DNA of 58,242 nt, from the NCBI GenBank assembly GCA_000998425.1, contig LCDG01000008.1, positions 1-58,242 of the forward strand, read 5' to 3'. Made by a program: the position numbers and the translations under genes. This document shows positions 56,794 to 58,242 of the stretch, in pieces (positions within the stretch are counted from its first letter, which is position 1; every line of letters begins with the position of its first letter). This stretch comes from Candidatus Nomurabacteria bacterium GW2011_GWC2_42_20. GTDB taxonomy: Bacteria > Patescibacteriota > Minisyncoccia > Phycocordibacterales > UBA1550. The notes under the pieces are model-generated. The model was not told where the DNA came from. It saw only the letters and a list, made by a program, of their open reading frames with translations, and did no database searches.

Positions 56794-57051
56794 TTAATAC
56801 AAATTACTATGCGTATCTATATCAATCAATAGCACAGTTTCCTCATCGTATTGTTCATAAACAAGACGATAATCTCCCGTGATATTAATACTTCTGCAAG
56901 GTTGCCTATCTCCTTGCAGGGCGTGGTTGTTAAGAATAGGAGAAAACGGATCATTCATAAAAAGTTGTAACCTCTCAGCAAGTGCTCGCTTCGCCTGAAC
57001 AGGTAACCTAATTACTACTTTCGAAAAATACTTCGTGCGAACAACAATCAT
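56794..57051 (-). CDS. Type II toxin, RelE/YafQ-family mRNA interferase
   Basis: 85 aa: ...FMNDPFSPILNNHALQGDRQPCRSINITGDYRLVYEQ...IDIDTHSNLY (H-x-L-x-G ... D-x-R-L-x-Y ... THSxLY pattern). It overlaps the antitoxin gene by 4 nt. Confidence 0.8.
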   Translation of the reverse strand: MIVVRTKYFSKVVIRLPVQAKRALAERLQLFMNDPFSPILNNHALQGDRQPCRSINITGDYRLVYEQYDEETVLLIDIDTHSNLY

Positions 57052-57323
57052 AGTAATTTCAAATCGGCAATCAAATCATCGGCATTTGTGTAGCGCTTAG
57101 CCGTCTTCATTTCTTTATGAGCTTCCTTGCTGATTGATTCCCACAGTGTGAGTTTTGCAATATTTGGAGTTGGCTCAATAGAAAGACTTATCCTGCGATC
57201 TCGCACAAACTGACGAAGGTAAGCATTCACCACAGTGGTCAAAGGCACGCCAAGCTCCTTTGCAACGCGTGACGCCTCATCTTTAAGCGTTTTGTCTGTC
57301 TTTAAAAGTATTGTCGTGTTCAT
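57048..57323 (-). CDS. Type II antitoxin, RelB/DinJ family (ribbon-helix-helix)
   Basis: MNTTILLKTDKTLKDEASRVAKELGVPLTTVVNAYLRQFV. The start was chosen at the Met at 57323, because the ORF-track start at 57368 lies upstream of the predicted promoter. Confidence 0.75.
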   Translation of the reverse strand: MNTTILLKTDKTLKDEASRVAKELGVPLTTVVNAYLRQFVRDRRISLSIEPTPNIAKLTLWESISKEAHKEMKTAKRYTNADDLIADLKLL

Positions 57324-57330
57324 ATACCAA

Positions 57331-57358
57331 AGTATATATAATGGTATCTTTTTGTCAA
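57331..57358 (-). promoter_or_regulatory. Putative sigma70-type promoter of the TA operon (near-leaderless)
   Basis: On the minus strand: TTGACA (57358-57353), a 16-nt spacer, then TATACT (57336-57331). The ATG lies 7 nt downstream of the -10. Confidence 0.4.
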
Positions 57359-57381
57359 CCTTTAACATAGGGTAACCCTAT

Positions 57382-57416
57382 GGAATTCCCCCTAGGACGG
57401 TCCTAGGGGGAATTCC
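57382..57416. repeat. GC-rich 35-bp palindrome ggaattccccctaggac-g-gtcctagggggaattcc
   Basis: Perfect 17-bp arms around a single central base. It lies in the divergent region between the TA operon and the small plus-strand gene. About 60% GC in an AT-rich context. Confidence 0.8.
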
Positions 57417-57433
57417 GACTATTCCGGCTTCCA

Positions 57434-57462
57434 TTGACAGCGTGACTCTCTGCGTGTAGATT
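57434..57462 (+). promoter_or_regulatory. Putative sigma70-type promoter
   Basis: TTGACA (57434-39), a 17-nt spacer, then TAGATT (57457-62). Confidence 0.4.
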
Positions 57463-57503
57463 TCATTTGTTGTACTTCCTAACTACAGACGAGGAGAAAC
57501 ACG

Positions 57504-57755
57504 ATGGTGTACAGGACTGAAGTAAAGAAAATGGGGCTTACGATAAAAATAACAACGGATCGTAAGCATGGAAACGGTGCAAAAGGTGGAGGGCGTAAAA
57601 ACACAAGCGGCAAAAAGGCAGTTGTCTCCAAGGAAGGCATCGAAGATACTACCGTCAGGAACAGCACCACAACAGGTCTTTTGAGGGACTTACGGAATCA
57701 ATTTAAAATTCCCCACAGCGTACAAATAAATAGAGAGGGAGAGACGCATATTTAA
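57504..57755 (+). CDS. Small basic Gly/Lys/Thr-rich hypothetical protein (83 aa)
   Basis: SD gaggag lies 7 nt upstream of the ATG. A promoter-like element lies upstream and a strong terminator downstream. No family recognised. Confidence 0.5.
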   Translation: MVYRTEVKKMGLTIKITTDRKHGNGAKGGGRKNTSGKKAVVSKEGIEDTTVRNSTTTGLLRDLRNQFKIPHSVQINREGETHI

Positions 57756-57760
57756 TATGC

Positions 57761-57806
57761 AAAAACGCCAGCATATCCATAGCCGGATATGTTGGCGTTT
57801 TTTTAT
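57761..57806. terminator. Bidirectional rho-independent terminator
   Basis: aaaaacgccagcatatcc-atagcc-ggatatgttggcgttttt(ttt) forms an 18-bp stem with one G:U pair. It serves the small plus-strand gene and probably the trmD operon on the minus strand. Confidence 0.8.
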
Positions 57807-57876
57807 TTTCTTTGATCATTACAAATGACGCTACTTCATTTTCCCACTAAACCAAATTCCCAATTTGTTCGGGCGA

Positions 57877-58242
57877 CTAACTTTTCTGAGGAAGCGTTAT
57901 CTTAGCCTTCCTCCACTCCTCAATCTTTTTATGATCACCTCCAAGTAGGACTTTTGGGACGCGGTATTTTTTGCCTTTCCATTCCAAAATTTCAGGGCGT
58001 GTATACATCTCAGGGGAAGCCGTGCGTTCTTCTTCCAGTGATTCGTATGTACCAAGCACTCCTTCAACATGGCGCGCGCAGGCATCCACCACAACCATTG
58101 CTGGCACTTCCCCACCTGTGAGCACAAACGGCCCCACGGAGACCACATCACCTTTAAAAATTTTATTTACCCGCGCATCAATACCCTCGTAGCGACCTGC
58201 AATCAAAATAATATCCGTATATTTAGCGACGAGATTCTTTGC
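57877..58242 (-). CDS. trmD: tRNA (guanine37-N1)-methyltransferase, C-terminal part (gene runs off the window)
   Basis: The frame is open to the window edge: AKNLVAKYTDIILIAGRYEGIDARV...VSVGPFVLTGGEVPAMVVVDA...YTRPEILEWKGKKYRVPKVLLGGDHKKIEEWR. Confidence 0.9.
   Translation of the reverse strand, partial: AKNLVAKYTDIILIAGRYEGIDARVNKIFKGDVVSVGPFVLTGGEVPAMVVVDACARHVEGVLGTYESLEEERTASPEMYTRPEILEWKGKKYRVPKVLLGGDHKKIEEWRKAKITLPQKS

Noticed and set aside
56388-56882. 164-aa plus-strand ORF across the transposase remnant and toxin gene
   Set aside because: It is antisense to two recognisable genes (the rve-domain remnant and the RelE-like toxin), and its translation has no motifs.
57420-57806. tmRNA / SRP RNA / RNase P RNA in the trmD-proximal intergenic region
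   Set aside because: I looked for the SRP GGAAGGAAGCAGC-type motif, a tmRNA tag reading frame with a T-arm/CCA end, and the RNase P GAGGAAAGUCC motif. None is present. A promoter-SD-ORF-terminator unit explains the region better.

Overview
AT-rich bacterial chromosomal window read with the standard code; TGA is used as a stop and all long ORFs are intact. By inference only, the gene content looks like a small-genome CPR/Patescibacteria-type organism: compact RNAP subunits, many pilin-like genes, a four-helix-bundle 'IVS' protein and few metabolic genes. Layout: (1) 1-3431, a dockerin-bearing surface protein immediately followed by a membrane-anchored cohesin protein. (2) 3528-6594, a SET-domain methyltransferase, an HI0933-type flavoprotein and a PAS sensor without an output domain. 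(3) 6670-16635, two P-type ATPases and two MacB-type ABC modules with one HlyD adaptor. (4) 16700-17389, a PaaX-like regulator gene bracketed by two copies of a 38-40 bp palindrome. (5) 17562-38774, a type IV pilus-like locus. It is an 18.4 kb co-directional minus-strand array (histidine kinase, two receiver-only response regulators, two major pilins, a PilD-like protein, PilB, a four-helix-bundle gene, PilC, pseudopilins, a beta-lactamase-like hydrolase, a 1080-aa surface protein plus three more exported or unknown proteins, and two more pseudopilins). It faces a divergent pilMN / pilO-like / LytR_C unit. (6) 38810-45429, an FAD oxidase, a metal ABC importer, EngB, a DsbA-like protein and an orphan pilin. 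(7) 45536-55417, rpoB-rpoC-dnaG-rpoD. (8) 55719-57806, a small accessory islet: a hypothetical gene, a 5'-truncated IS481-like transposase remnant, a RelE/DinJ-type toxin-antitoxin pair, a GC-rich palindrome and a self-contained small gene. (9) A partial trmD at the window edge. The most unusual signal is a family of inverted heptanucleotide tandem arrays (GAATNNN)n ... (ATTCNNN)n at four junctions of the pilus operon. One array pair brackets the four-helix-bundle gene between pilB and pilC. Perfect 3x heptamer tracts lie inside the leader-peptide coding regions of two pseudopilin genes. All coordinates of short motifs were counted by hand.
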